In this document: positions 25,395 through 34,064 of the stretch, piece by piece
Layout: each line of letters opens with the position of its first letter
Position numbering within the stretch: position 1 is the stretch's first letter
Assembly (NCBI GenBank): GCA_938023415.1
Contig: CALHEE010000012.1
Location: 1-46,372 of the forward strand
Direction of reading: 5' to 3'
DNA length: 46,372 nucleotides
Origin: Minisyncoccota bacterium
GTDB lineage: Bacteria; Patescibacteriota; Minisyncoccia; Minisyncoccales; GBS-2
Notes under the pieces: model-generated
What the model was told of the DNA's origin: nothing
Databases searched by the model: none
What the model saw: the letters and a program-made list of their open reading frames with translations, nothing else
Translations under genes and position numbers: made by a program

Positions 25395-25402
25395 TCACCT
25401 CC
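25395..25402 (-). promoter_or_regulatory. Strong Shine-Dalgarno (GGAGGTGA) for the 160-aa cassette gene
   Basis: The minus strand reads GGAGGTGATGGGATG. Confidence 0.75.
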
Positions 25403-25416
25403 TTTTTATGTGCTAC

Positions 25417-25425
25417 TTTGAGTTT
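25417..25425 (+). repeat. Right copy of the 9-nt direct repeat (tttgagttt)
   Basis: See the left copy at 23672-23680. Confidence 0.3.
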
Positions 25426-25515
25426 AAAATTTTAATTTTTTTTTGTCAAGGGAATATTTGACCAATGTTACTTGTGAAAGAGTGATTTTTATGATATGCT
25501 GAAGTTATCTGAATT

Positions 25516-27174
25516 ATGGAAAAAACCAATGACTTTTCCATCTTAATTGGAGGAGAGGCTGGCCAGGGATCAAGATGGGCGGGAAACTTAATTGCCAAAA
25601 TCTTTAATTTTTTAGGATATAAAATTTATGTTTATGAAGATTATCAATCATTAATTCGTGGTGGTCACAATTTTTCTCAAATTAGAGTTGCCGAGAAAAA
25701 AGTGGAGGCAAGAAAAGAAAAGGTTGATTTTCTTTTGGCCCTAGACAAAAAGACTCTTTCCCTACATCAGAAAAGGTTAACCAAAAAAGGAATGATTGTT
25801 TTCAATAGCAATCGCCTTAATTCAAAAGAAGGGGTGGGCATTCCCATTGAGAAAATCGTTCAGGAAATGGGAGGCCTTCCGATAATGGCAAACACTGCCT
25901 TGGTTGCTGGTTTTTCTAAAATTGTGGGAATTGATTTTGAGGTAGTAAAAGAAGTTTTAACAAGAGAACTTAAAAAGGGCATAGATTTGAATTTAAAAAT
26001 CGCGGAAAAAACTTTTCAAGAAACAAAAACATACTTTAAAATTAAAAAATTTAAAAAAAGCAAGACCACCATTTTGACCGGAAATGAAGCAGTAGCCCTG
26101 GGTTTGGCAAAGGCAGGCTTAAAATTTTATTTTTCCTACCCAATGACGCCTGCCACCTCAATCATGAATTTTTTGGCCCAAAGAGATGATTTAGGGGTGA
26201 AAGTGGTTCAGCCAGAAAATGAAATCTCCGTAATTAACATGGCCTTAGGTTCAGCTTATGCGGGGAAAAAAACAGCAGTGGGAAGTTCAGGTGGGGGATT
26301 TGCTCTCATGGTAGAGGCTTTAAGTTTGGCTGGTCAATCAGAAACCCCAATTTTAATTGTGGAAAGCCAGCGGGCAGGTCCTTCTACCGGCATGCCAACT
26401 TATAATTTACAATCTGATCTTTTGTTTGTTTTGTCCGCTGGTCACGGTGATTTTCCCAGATTTGTCATTGCTCCTGGAGACAGCGAACAATGTTTTTTCT
26501 ATGCTGGTTTGGGTTTAAATTTAGCCTGGAAATATCAAACCCCAGTCATTTTGTTACTTGATAAAGATCTTTCAGAAAATACTTTTTCCGTTAATGAAGA
26601 AATTTTTGAAAGAGTAAAACCAGAAGAAATAGTCTCTTGGAATAAAAAAGGAGATTACAAAAGATACCAAATTACAAAAAATGGCATTTCTCCCTTAGCC
26701 TTTCCCGGAGAAAAAGGAATAATTGTTAAGGCCAACAGTTACGAACACGATGAGTTTGGGATTAGTAGCGATTTAGAAGAGGTGGCTCAAAAAATGCAGG
26801 AAAAAAGATTTCGAAAATACCAGACAATTGAAAGAGAGGTGGCGAAGTTGCCAGCAGTTCAGGTTTATGGGAGAAAGAATTCAAAAATCGCTTTGGTTTC
26901 TTTTGGTATTTCAAAAGGGGCATCATTGGAAGCAGCTGAAAATTTGGGGATAAAATTAATTCAACCTGTGATTTTGGAACCTTTTCCAAAAAGGCAAATG
27001 AATTTAGCCTTGAGAGGAGTAAAAAAAATATTTAGCGTAGAAATGAACACTTCTGGCCAACTTGCCAAACTACTAACTCAAAATGGGATAAGAGTAGATG
27101 GAAAAATATTAAAATATACCGGAAGACCATTTTTCCCTTCAGAAATTGAGAGAAAAATTAAAAAGATGGTATGA
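25516..27174 (+). CDS. 2-oxoacid:ferredoxin oxidoreductase, fused gamma-alpha subunit
   Basis: The N-terminal gamma-type domain (ILIGGEAGQG) is followed by an alpha-type domain (LTGNEAVALGLAKAGLKFYFSYPMTPATSI, GGGFALM). Confidence 0.85.
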   Translation: MEKTNDFSILIGGEAGQGSRWAGNLIAKIFNFLGYKIYVYEDYQSLIRGGHNFSQIRVAEKKVEARKEKVDFLLALDKKTLSLHQKRLTKKGMIVFNSNRLNSKEGVGIPIEKIVQEMGGLPIMANTALVAGFSKIVGIDFEVVKEVLTRELKKGIDLNLKIAEKTFQETKTYFKIKKFKKSKTTILTGNEAVALGLAKAGLKFYFSYPMTPATSIMNFLAQRDDLGVKVVQPENEISVINMALGSAYAGKKTAVGSSGGGFALMVEALSLAGQSETPILIVESQRAGPSTGMPTYNLQSDLLFVLSAGHGDFPRFVIAPGDSEQCFFYAGLGLNLAWKYQTPVILLLDKDLSENTFSVNEEIFERVKPEEIVSWNKKGDYKRYQITKNGISPLAFPGEKGIIVKANSYEHDEFGISSDLEEVAQKMQEKRFRKYQTIEREVAKLPAVQVYGRKNSKIALVSFGISKGASLEAAENLGIKLIQPVILEPFPKRQMNLALRGVKKIFSVEMNTSGQLAKLLTQNGIRVDGKILKYTGRPFFPSEIERKIKKMV

Positions 27175-27977
27175 AAAAAAATAATTTAAGTAATTTAGAA
27201 ACATATTGCAAAAACACCTGGTGCCCAGGCTGTCCTAATTTTGGGATTTTAGAAGCTACAAAAAGGGCAATTTCTGAACTCATTGAAAAGGGAATAGCCA
27301 AAGAAAATTTCGTTTTAACTTGCGGGATTGGTTGCCACGGAAAAATTGTTGATTATTTAAATTTAAACTCTTTTTATAGTTTGCATGGAAGATCCCTTTG
27401 TACCGCCCAGGGAATAAAATTAGCTAACCAAAATTTAAAGGTGATTGCCTTTGTTGGGGATGGAGATATTTACAACGAAGGCATTTCCCATTTAATTCAT
27501 GCTGCTAAAAGAAATTCCGACATTACCGTTTTGGTCCATGACAATCGAAATTTTGCTTTAACTGTCTCCCAATTCACCGCCACCTCTCCAAAGGGATTTA
27601 AAGGAAGTTCTACCCCAAAAGGAAGCGTAGAAGAGCCCATCAATCCTTTGGAGTTGGTTTTCACTTCTGGAGGAACATTTATTGCCCGAGGCTACGCTTT
27701 AAAAATTGAGCATTTAAAAGAGTTAATTATAAAGGCAATAGAGCACAAGGGTTTTTCTTTTATAGAAGTTTTACAGCCTTGTATCACTTTTTTTGATAAT
27801 AGAAAATTTTATGAGGAAAGAATTTATGAATTACCAGAAATTAATCTCACCTCCCAAAAGGAAGCTTTGGAGAAAATAAGAGAATGGGATTATAAAAACG
27901 GTGACAAAAATATTCCCATCGGTCTCTTTTATAAAGTGGAAAAACCAACATTTGAAGAACTAATTTTTTCAAGCTGA
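27171..27977 (+). CDS. 2-oxoacid:ferredoxin oxidoreductase, beta (TPP-binding) subunit
   Basis: WCPGCPNFGIL, GIGCHG and GDGD..NEG (TPP/Mg motif). There is an ATGA overlap with the alpha gene. Confidence 0.88.
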   Translation: MKKNNLSNLETYCKNTWCPGCPNFGILEATKRAISELIEKGIAKENFVLTCGIGCHGKIVDYLNLNSFYSLHGRSLCTAQGIKLANQNLKVIAFVGDGDIYNEGISHLIHAAKRNSDITVLVHDNRNFALTVSQFTATSPKGFKGSSTPKGSVEEPINPLELVFTSGGTFIARGYALKIEHLKELIIKAIEHKGFSFIEVLQPCITFFDNRKFYEERIYELPEINLTSQKEALEKIREWDYKNGDKNIPIGLFYKVEKPTFEELIFSS

Positions 27978-29276
27978 AATTCTCTCTATTTGGGCTCCTA
28001 GCTTTTCTAGTTTTTTTTCAAATTTTTCGTAACCTCGATCAATCTGTTCTATTCCTTCTACTACTGAGCTTCCCTTGGCTATTAAACTTGCCAAAACCAA
28101 AGCTGCCCCTGACCTAATATCGCTGGAATTCAATTTACTCCCAAAAAGAGGTGTTTTTCCGAAAATTAGAGCCCGATGGGGATCAGTAATTTCAACATCC
28201 GCCCCCATTTTCTTTAACTCGTGGAGATACTGAAACCTATTTTCATACAGAGGCTCATGGATGAGAGATTTCCCTTCAGCTTGGGTAAGCAAAACAGAAG
28301 TTTGTGGTTGCAGATCGGTGGGAAAACCAGGATGAGGAAGAACCTGAATTTTGGTTGCCCGAAAATGGTTACTTTTTTCAACCAAAATTTTCTCTTTTTT
28401 GATTTCAAAACGAACGCCAATATCTTTCATTTTTTCAAGAAAGAAAACTAAATCCTCTGGCTTAACATTCTTTATTCTTCCTTTTCCTTGAGTTAAAGCA
28501 AAGGCAATCAAAAAAGTTCCCACCTCGATGGGGTCGGGAGAGATTTTAAACTTCGTTCCTTTTAATTTTTTCCTCCCCTCAATCAGAAGATCGTGGGTGC
28601 CCAAACCTTCAATTTTTACCCCTAATAATTTGAGAAATTTTCCTAAATTTTGGACATGAGGTTCGGTAGCTGCAATTTCAATTTTCGTTTTTTCTGGGAT
28701 CAAGGAAGCAAACATCATTAAATTTTCCGTAGCTGTGACACTAAATTCTCTCAAGACAACCCTTTTTGCTTTTAAGTTTTTTGGCCTTTCAAAATAATAA
28801 AAATTATTTTCCGTCTCAACTCTTATTCCAAATTCTTTGAAAGCCTCCAAATGAGTGGTAATGGGTCTTAATCCAATTTTGTCTCCTCCTGGGTGAGGAA
28901 TTTTGATTCTCTTAAATCTAGCTAAAAGAGGGCCTAAAAACAAAACAGAAATTCGCATTTTTTCAAAAAGGTCAACCGGAATTTTTTTTGGATCGACAAA
29001 AGAAGTATTGATTTTGATCTTCTTTGGCCCCAGCCATTCAATTTTCGCTCCCATTCTCTTTAAAATTTCTATCTCATTTAAGATATCTGAAACTAAAGGT
29101 AAATTTTCAATTTCACAATCTTTTTCTGTTAAAAGAGTAGCTGCTAAAATTGGACCAGCTTCATTTTTTGAGCCTGAAATTTCTACCTCTCCAGAGAGCT
29201 TATTACCTCCTTTAATGAGAAACTTTTCTGGCATCAATTTCAATTTTAATGGAAAAAATTCTTTTTTACAAATCAT
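27969..29276 (-). CDS. murA: UDP-N-acetylglucosamine 1-carboxyvinyltransferase
   Basis: FLIKGGNKLSGEVEISGSKNEAGPILAA, HPGFPTDLQPQ and EKL..LGAQIERI are typical of the EPSP/MurA fold. Its 3' end overlaps the converging oxidoreductase beta gene by 9 nt. Confidence 0.93.
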   Translation of the reverse strand: MICKKEFFPLKLKLMPEKFLIKGGNKLSGEVEISGSKNEAGPILAATLLTEKDCEIENLPLVSDILNEIEILKRMGAKIEWLGPKKIKINTSFVDPKKIPVDLFEKMRISVLFLGPLLARFKRIKIPHPGGDKIGLRPITTHLEAFKEFGIRVETENNFYYFERPKNLKAKRVVLREFSVTATENLMMFASLIPEKTKIEIAATEPHVQNLGKFLKLLGVKIEGLGTHDLLIEGRKKLKGTKFKISPDPIEVGTFLIAFALTQGKGRIKNVKPEDLVFFLEKMKDIGVRFEIKKEKILVEKSNHFRATKIQVLPHPGFPTDLQPQTSVLLTQAEGKSLIHEPLYENRFQYLHELKKMGADVEITDPHRALIFGKTPLFGSKLNSSDIRSGAALVLASLIAKGSSVVEGIEQIDRGYEKFEKKLEKLGAQIERISA

Positions 29277-29318
29277 TTGTCTCCTTTTTTCTTTTTTGTT
29301 AAACTTAAAATAAATATT

Positions 29319-29400
29319 GCCGAGGTGGCGGAATGGCAGACGCGCGAGGCTTAGGACCTCGTGGGAAATTCCCTTGTGGGTTCAAATCCCACCCTCGGCA
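29319..29400 (+). tRNA. tRNA-Leu (anticodon TAG), type II with long variable arm, CCA not encoded
   Basis: Acceptor GCCGAGG/CCTCGGC plus discriminator A. Anticodon stem CGAGG/CCTCG with loop CT-TAG-GA. Long variable arm TGGGAAATTCCCTTG. T-arm GTGGG-TTCAAAT-CCCAC. Confidence 0.92.
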
Positions 29401-29402
29401 CT

Positions 29403-30740
29403 ATGGAAATTAACCCTTTAATTTTTCGAGCTTACGATATTAGAGGAATTTATGGAAAAGATTTAGACGAAAGCGTTTTTCAAAAGATTGGATTTGCTTT
29501 GGGCAAGAAAGGGAAGCTTTTTTTGGTGGGTCATGATATTCGAAAATCAGGAAAACCATTAGCTCTGGCTTTAATTGCGGGACTTTTAGCAAAAAATTCA
29601 AAAGTGATTTTTGCTGGCCAAGGTTCTTTTGGCCAAATTTTATTTTCTGGTTTCCGAAAAAAGGTAGATTTCACCCTTTTTGTCACTGCCTCTCACTTAT
29701 CTAAAGAATGGAATGGATTAAAAATCTTTAGAGGAGATGGAGAGCCCATCGCTCCTGGAAGATTGAAGGAGAAGGTAATGAGAGTAAAAAAAGTAAATTT
29801 TCCAAGGCCAAAGGTGAAAAAAATTAATTTAAAAAAAGAATATCTTAATTTTTTGGTTCAGAAATTTTCAATTTTGAAAAAATCAAATTTTAAGGTTGTC
29901 TTAGATTGTGGTGGTGCCAGCATGAGTTTGGTTGCCCCCCAACTTTTTAGGAAATTAAATTTTAAAGTGGTAGAACTTTTTTGCCGGCCAAATCCAGAAC
30001 TTTCTGATCGCGATCCAGAACCTACTCCTTCTGCCACCCAGAGATTAAGAGAATTGGTCTTGAGAGAAAGGGCAGATTTTGGCGTTGCTTTTGACGGAGA
30101 CGGAGATAGAGGAGTGATTATCGACGATCAAGGAAGATATTTAAGAGGAGATGAGTTAGCGATAATTTTAGCTAAAAGCTTTTTAAAGAAAGAAAAAAAG
30201 AAAATAATCGTCAAAACTGTTTCTTGCACCTTAGCGGTAGAAGAGGAATTAAAAAAATTGGGAGCAAAGATTATTGAGGTTCCAGTAGGACATACTTTTG
30301 TGGGAAAAGAGTGTAAAAGAAGAAAAGCACTTTTGGGAATTGAAGAATCTAGCCATCTTTTTTATCCAAGTGTTTATCTTTTTGATGATGCCCTTTTGAC
30401 TCCTCTTTTTGTTGCCCAGGTTTTATTCCAAGAGAAGAAAAAGCTTTCTCAATTGGTTGATACTTTACCAAAATATTTTTTTGAAGAAATAAACTTTGCC
30501 TGCCCTGATGAAAAAAAATTTGAAATTGTCGAGAAATTAAAAAAGAAGTTTCAAAAAATTTACCAAAAAGTGAAACTTTTAGACGGGATTAAGATTTATT
30601 TTTCAGATGGCTGGGTTTTAATTCGAGCTTCTAACACTTCACCAAAAATTAAGCTTTATCTTGAAGCAAAAAGAAAAGATAATTTTCAGGTCTTAAAAGA
30701 TAAATTCTCTCAAGAATTAATAAAATGTATTCAGCAGTAA
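29403..30740 (+). CDS. Phosphohexomutase (phosphoglucosamine/phosphomannomutase family)
   Basis: IFRAYDIRG near the N-terminus, the phosphoserine loop [13 protein letters not shown], the Mg site FDGDGDR, and RASNTSPK near the C-terminus. The ORF-track start (GTG 29361) lies inside the tRNA, so the ATG at 29403 is used. Confidence 0.85.
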   Translation: MEINPLIFRAYDIRGIYGKDLDESVFQKIGFALGKKGKLFLVGHDIRKSGKPLALALIAGLLAKNSKVIFAGQGSFGQILFSGFRKKVDFTLFVTASHLSKEWNGLKIFRGDGEPIAPGRLKEKVMRVKKVNFPRPKVKKINLKKEYLNFLVQKFSILKKSNFKVVLDCGGASMSLVAPQLFRKLNFKVVELFCRPNPELSDRDPEPTPSATQRLRELVLRERADFGVAFDGDGDRGVIIDDQGRYLRGDELAIILAKSFLKKEKKKIIVKTVSCTLAVEEELKKLGAKIIEVPVGHTFVGKECKRRKALLGIEESSHLFYPSVYLFDDALLTPLFVAQVLFQEKKKLSQLVDTLPKYFFEEINFACPDEKKFEIVEKLKKKFQKIYQKVKLLDGIKIYFSDGWVLIRASNTSPKIKLYLEAKRKDNFQVLKDKFSQELIKCIQQ

Positions 30741-31987
30741 TTTTAGCCGCTGGTGAGTCTTCCAGATTTTGGCCATTAAATTCCAGACATAAATCCCTTT
30801 TTTATTTGATGGGAAAACCAATCATTTGGTGGAATCTTCAAGGAATTAGGGAAAATAAGATAAAAAAGGTATTCATTGTTCAGTCTTTAACAAGAGATAT
30901 AGAAAAAGAGCTTAAAAAAATTAAAATTCCTGGTCTAAAAATCGAATTTCTTATTCAAGCTAAACCTCAAGGCACTGGTAATGCTCTTTGGCAAGCGAGA
31001 AATTTTCTCAAGACTCCCTTTTTTGTTTTAAACGCTGATGTTTTGTGTTCTGGAGAGATTTTAAAGATAATGTGGAAGAAGATAAAAAAAGGAGAAAAAG
31101 CAGTCTTGGCTGGTCAGAAAACAAAAACCCCTTCTTTGTTTGGGATGATGAAAATAAAAAAAGATAGAATTTTGGGTATTGTGGAAAAACCAAAGAAAGG
31201 AAAAGAACCTTCTGATATTAAAGTAGTTGGAGTTTATTTTTTAGAGCCTGAATATTTTAGCTTTTATGAAAAGGTCAAAAAAGGGCCCTACGATTTTGAA
31301 GACGCCCTTTCAGCGTATATGAAAAAAAGAAAGGTGACATTGGCCTTAATTGATCAGCCAGAAGAAAACACCCCTGCCTTTTTGAAGTATCCATGGCATC
31401 TTTTCAATCTGAGAAAATACCTTTTTGATAAATTCTTAGTAGGGAAAATTGAAAAGTCAGCAAAAATTTCAAAAAATGTCATTATTGAAGGAAATGTTTA
31501 TATCGGAAAAAAGACAAGAATTTTGGAGGGAGCAATAATAAAAGGACCTTGTTATATTGGGGAAAATTGTTTCATTGGTAACCATTCTCTTATCAGAGAA
31601 TATGTAAATTTGGAAAATAATGTCACCATTGGCGCTTTCTCTGAGGTGGCTAGATCCATCTTTGAGGAAGGTGCCAGTAGCCATTCCGGATATTTTGGAG
31701 ATTCAATAATTGGAAAAAATACAAAGATTGGAGCAGGCACCATTACTTCCAATGTGAGATTGGATAGAGAAGAAATTTTTGCCCAAGTGAAAAAAGAAAG
31801 AATCAATACTGGTTTAAGATCATTTGGGACGGTAGTGGGAGAAAATACCTTCATTGGGACAAATGTGAATATTATGCCTGGGAAGTTTATCGGTTCAAAT
31901 TGTAAAATCGGCTCCAATTCATTGATAATTTCCAATATTGAAGATGGAGTTCTTTTTTATCCGAAATTCAAAGAGATAAAAAAATGA
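30725..31987 (+). CDS. Sugar-1-phosphate nucleotidyltransferase with C-terminal left-handed beta-helix (archaeal-type GlmU-like)
   Basis: N-terminal [15 protein letters not shown] and GTGNAL nucleotidyltransferase motifs. The C-terminal half is made of hexapeptide repeats ([35 protein letters not shown]). Confidence 0.75.
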   Translation: MYSAVILAAGESSRFWPLNSRHKSLFYLMGKPIIWWNLQGIRENKIKKVFIVQSLTRDIEKELKKIKIPGLKIEFLIQAKPQGTGNALWQARNFLKTPFFVLNADVLCSGEILKIMWKKIKKGEKAVLAGQKTKTPSLFGMMKIKKDRILGIVEKPKKGKEPSDIKVVGVYFLEPEYFSFYEKVKKGPYDFEDALSAYMKKRKVTLALIDQPEENTPAFLKYPWHLFNLRKYLFDKFLVGKIEKSAKISKNVIIEGNVYIGKKTRILEGAIIKGPCYIGENCFIGNHSLIREYVNLENNVTIGAFSEVARSIFEEGASSHSGYFGDSIIGKNTKIGAGTITSNVRLDREEIFAQVKKERINTGLRSFGTVVGENTFIGTNVNIMPGKFIGSNCKIGSNSLIISNIEDGVLFYPKFKEIKK

Positions 31988-32907
31988 AGGAAGATTTTTT
32001 TATCATCGGAGTAGACGGAGGGGGGACAAAAACAATTGGGGTTTTAGCTGACAGCCACGGAAAAATTTTAAGAAAAATCAAAATTGGATCGAGCAATCCC
32101 AAAAAAATAGGTTTGGAAAAAGCTCTCTTTAATTTAAAAAAATTAATTTCAAAGATTTCTCAAGGGAAAGAAAAGAAAATAAAACTTGCTTATTTGGGTT
32201 TAGCTGGAGGGTTGGAAAGAGATAAAGAAAAAAAAGAGGAAATTGAAAGAAAACTTCAGCGATTCTTTGATTTTAAAATCGTTGTTGAGGGTGACCAAAA
32301 AATAGCCTTTGTTTCTGGAACAGAAGAAAAAGAAGGAGTAGTCTTGATCGGTGGCACAGGTTCTATTGCCATGGGTTGGAAGGGAAAAAAAAGAGAAATT
32401 TCTGGTGGTTGGGACTGGTTAGTGGGAGACCAAGGTTCTGCTTTTTGGACAGGAAGGAGGGCTCTTGAAGAGGCGATAAAGTCTTTTGATCAAAGAGCAA
32501 AAGAGAGTCAGTTGAAAAAATTAATCTTTGAAAAATTAAAGATTAAAGGAGGAAAAGATTTATATAAAAAAATTTACACTGGTGATTTTGTAACAAAAAT
32601 AGCTTCTCTCTCGAAAATAGTAGACTTGGCAGCTAAAAGAAGAGATAATAAGGCGAAAAAAATCTTAGAGGAGGCCTCCAAAGAATTAGCTCAAATGGCC
32701 TTAGCGGTGATTAGAAAATTGAAATTTAAAAAAAATTTTCCCTTAGTGCTTGTGGGTGGAATTTTCAAATCAGAAATTGTTTTAAAGGGAGTAAAAAAAG
32801 AGATAAAAAAACATTGCCCAAAAGCTAAATTTATTATTCCTACAAAAGAGCCCGTCTTTGGGGCGGTAAGGTTGGCCTTAGAGGAAATTAAAAAAAGAAA
32901 TTTATGA
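31984..32907 (+). CDS. BadF/BadG/BcrA/BcrD-type ATPase (N-acetylglucosamine-kinase-like)
   Basis: [11 protein letters not shown] phosphate-1 motif, IGGTGS, and GDQGSAFW, characteristic of GlcNAc-kinase-type ASKHA proteins. Confidence 0.7.
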   Translation: MKEDFFIIGVDGGGTKTIGVLADSHGKILRKIKIGSSNPKKIGLEKALFNLKKLISKISQGKEKKIKLAYLGLAGGLERDKEKKEEIERKLQRFFDFKIVVEGDQKIAFVSGTEEKEGVVLIGGTGSIAMGWKGKKREISGGWDWLVGDQGSAFWTGRRALEEAIKSFDQRAKESQLKKLIFEKLKIKGGKDLYKKIYTGDFVTKIASLSKIVDLAAKRRDNKAKKILEEASKELAQMALAVIRKLKFKKNFPLVLVGGIFKSEIVLKGVKKEIKKHCPKAKFIIPTKEPVFGAVRLALEEIKKRNL

Positions 32908-33953
32908 TCGTTTTAGGAATTGAAACCTCTTGCGATGAAACTGGAATAAGTGTGATTAGATTCCATCAGAAAGGATGGGAGATTTTATCAAATGAGGTTT
33001 TTTCCCAGATAAAAATCCATGCCAAATATGGAGGGGTTTATCCTCTTTTAGCGAAAAGGGAACATCAAAAAAAATTACCTCTTGTATTTCAAAGAGCCTT
33101 AAAAAAGGCGAAAATTTCTGAAAAAGAGATTGAGTTAATAGGGGTAGTCACCGGTCCAGGTTTAGAACCTTGTTTGTGGCAAGGGATTATTTTTACCCAA
33201 AAAATTTCCCAAAACTTCTCCATTCCCGTTGTCGAGGTTAATCATATTGAAGCTCACATTATAGTAAATTTTATTGAGAAAAATTTCTATTTTCTAAATT
33301 CCCAACTTCCAAAATTAATGCCAGCGATTTCACTGGTGGTTTCCGGAGGTCATACTCAATTGATTTTAATGGAAGAAATTGGAAAGTATAGGTTGATCGG
33401 AGAGACGCGAGATGATGCAGCAGGTGAATGCTTTGACAAGGTAGCTAGGATTTTAGGTTTTGAATATCCAGGAGGGCCAGCTATTGCCAAATTGGCAGAA
33501 AGCAAATTAAAAAGCTTAAAATATAACATTAAATTGCCTCGACCAATGATTCATCAAAAAAATTATGACTTTTCTTTTTCGGGATTAAAAACAGCTGTTC
33601 TTTATGATTTTAAATCAAGACCAAAAAAAGAAAGACAATCAAAGGAATACAAAATAGAAATGGCAAGAGAAGTTCAAGAGGCAATCGTGGATGTTTTAGT
33701 TTCCAAGACCTTAAAAGCAGCAAAAGAGTTTAAAGTGAGATCGGTTATTTTAGGGGGAGGAGTAGCAGCCAACGATCGCTTGAGGAAAGAGTTTGAACTT
33801 CAGCTTAAAGCCCTCTCATTAAATTTTTTCGTTCCGCCAAAAAAATTTTGCACAGACAATGGAGCAATGGTCGCTTTTAGTGCTTTTTTCCATAGAAAAA
33901 GAGCGACAAAAAATTGGCAAGAAATAACAGCGCAGGCAAACTTGAGAATATAA
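32904..33953 (+). CDS. tsaD: tRNA N6-adenosine threonylcarbamoyltransferase
   Basis: ILGIETSCDETG, HIEAHI, VSGGHT, DDAAGE.FDKVAR and GGVAAN motifs (Kae1/TsaD). Confidence 0.93.
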   Translation: MIVLGIETSCDETGISVIRFHQKGWEILSNEVFSQIKIHAKYGGVYPLLAKREHQKKLPLVFQRALKKAKISEKEIELIGVVTGPGLEPCLWQGIIFTQKISQNFSIPVVEVNHIEAHIIVNFIEKNFYFLNSQLPKLMPAISLVVSGGHTQLILMEEIGKYRLIGETRDDAAGECFDKVARILGFEYPGGPAIAKLAESKLKSLKYNIKLPRPMIHQKNYDFSFSGLKTAVLYDFKSRPKKERQSKEYKIEMAREVQEAIVDVLVSKTLKAAKEFKVRSVILGGGVAANDRLRKEFELQLKALSLNFFVPPKKFCTDNGAMVAFSAFFHRKRATKNWQEITAQANLRI

Positions 33954-33960
33954 AATCTTG

Positions 33961-34045
33961 TGCCGCGGGAGGGACTTGAACCCTCACGAGGTATTGCCTC
34001 ATGCGATTTTGAGTCGCACCTGTCTGCCAATTCCAGCACCGCGGC
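33961..34045 (-). tRNA. tRNA-Leu (anticodon CAA), type II, CCA not encoded
   Basis: The minus strand reads GCCGCGG TG CTGGAATTGGCAGACAG G TGCGA CT-CAA-AA TCGCA TGAGGCAATACCTCGT GAGGG TTCAAGT CCCTC CCGCGGC A. Its 5' end is 19 nt downstream of the topA stop, on the same strand. Confidence 0.92.
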
Positions 34046-34064
34046 CTATTTCAATTAAAATTTA

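Noticed and set aside
25072-25398. A 108-codon ORF in an alternative frame on the minus strand, overlapping the 160-aa gene.
   Set aside because: It is fully nested in the better-supported frame, which has the SD at correct spacing. It has no ribosome-binding site of its own, and its composition is Cys/Trp-rich.
27969-27977. A 9-nt convergent overlap of the oxidoreductase beta and murA 3' ends, with no terminator between them.
   Set aside because: The overlap is real, but this is ordinary in a compact genome and there is no evidence of a regulatory role.
29361-29402. The ORF-track start (GTG 29361) for the phosphohexomutase, which adds MGNSLVGSNPTLGT.
   Set aside because: These 14 codons are simply the 3' half of tRNA-Leu(UAG) read as protein. 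The conserved family N-terminus begins at the ATG at 29403.
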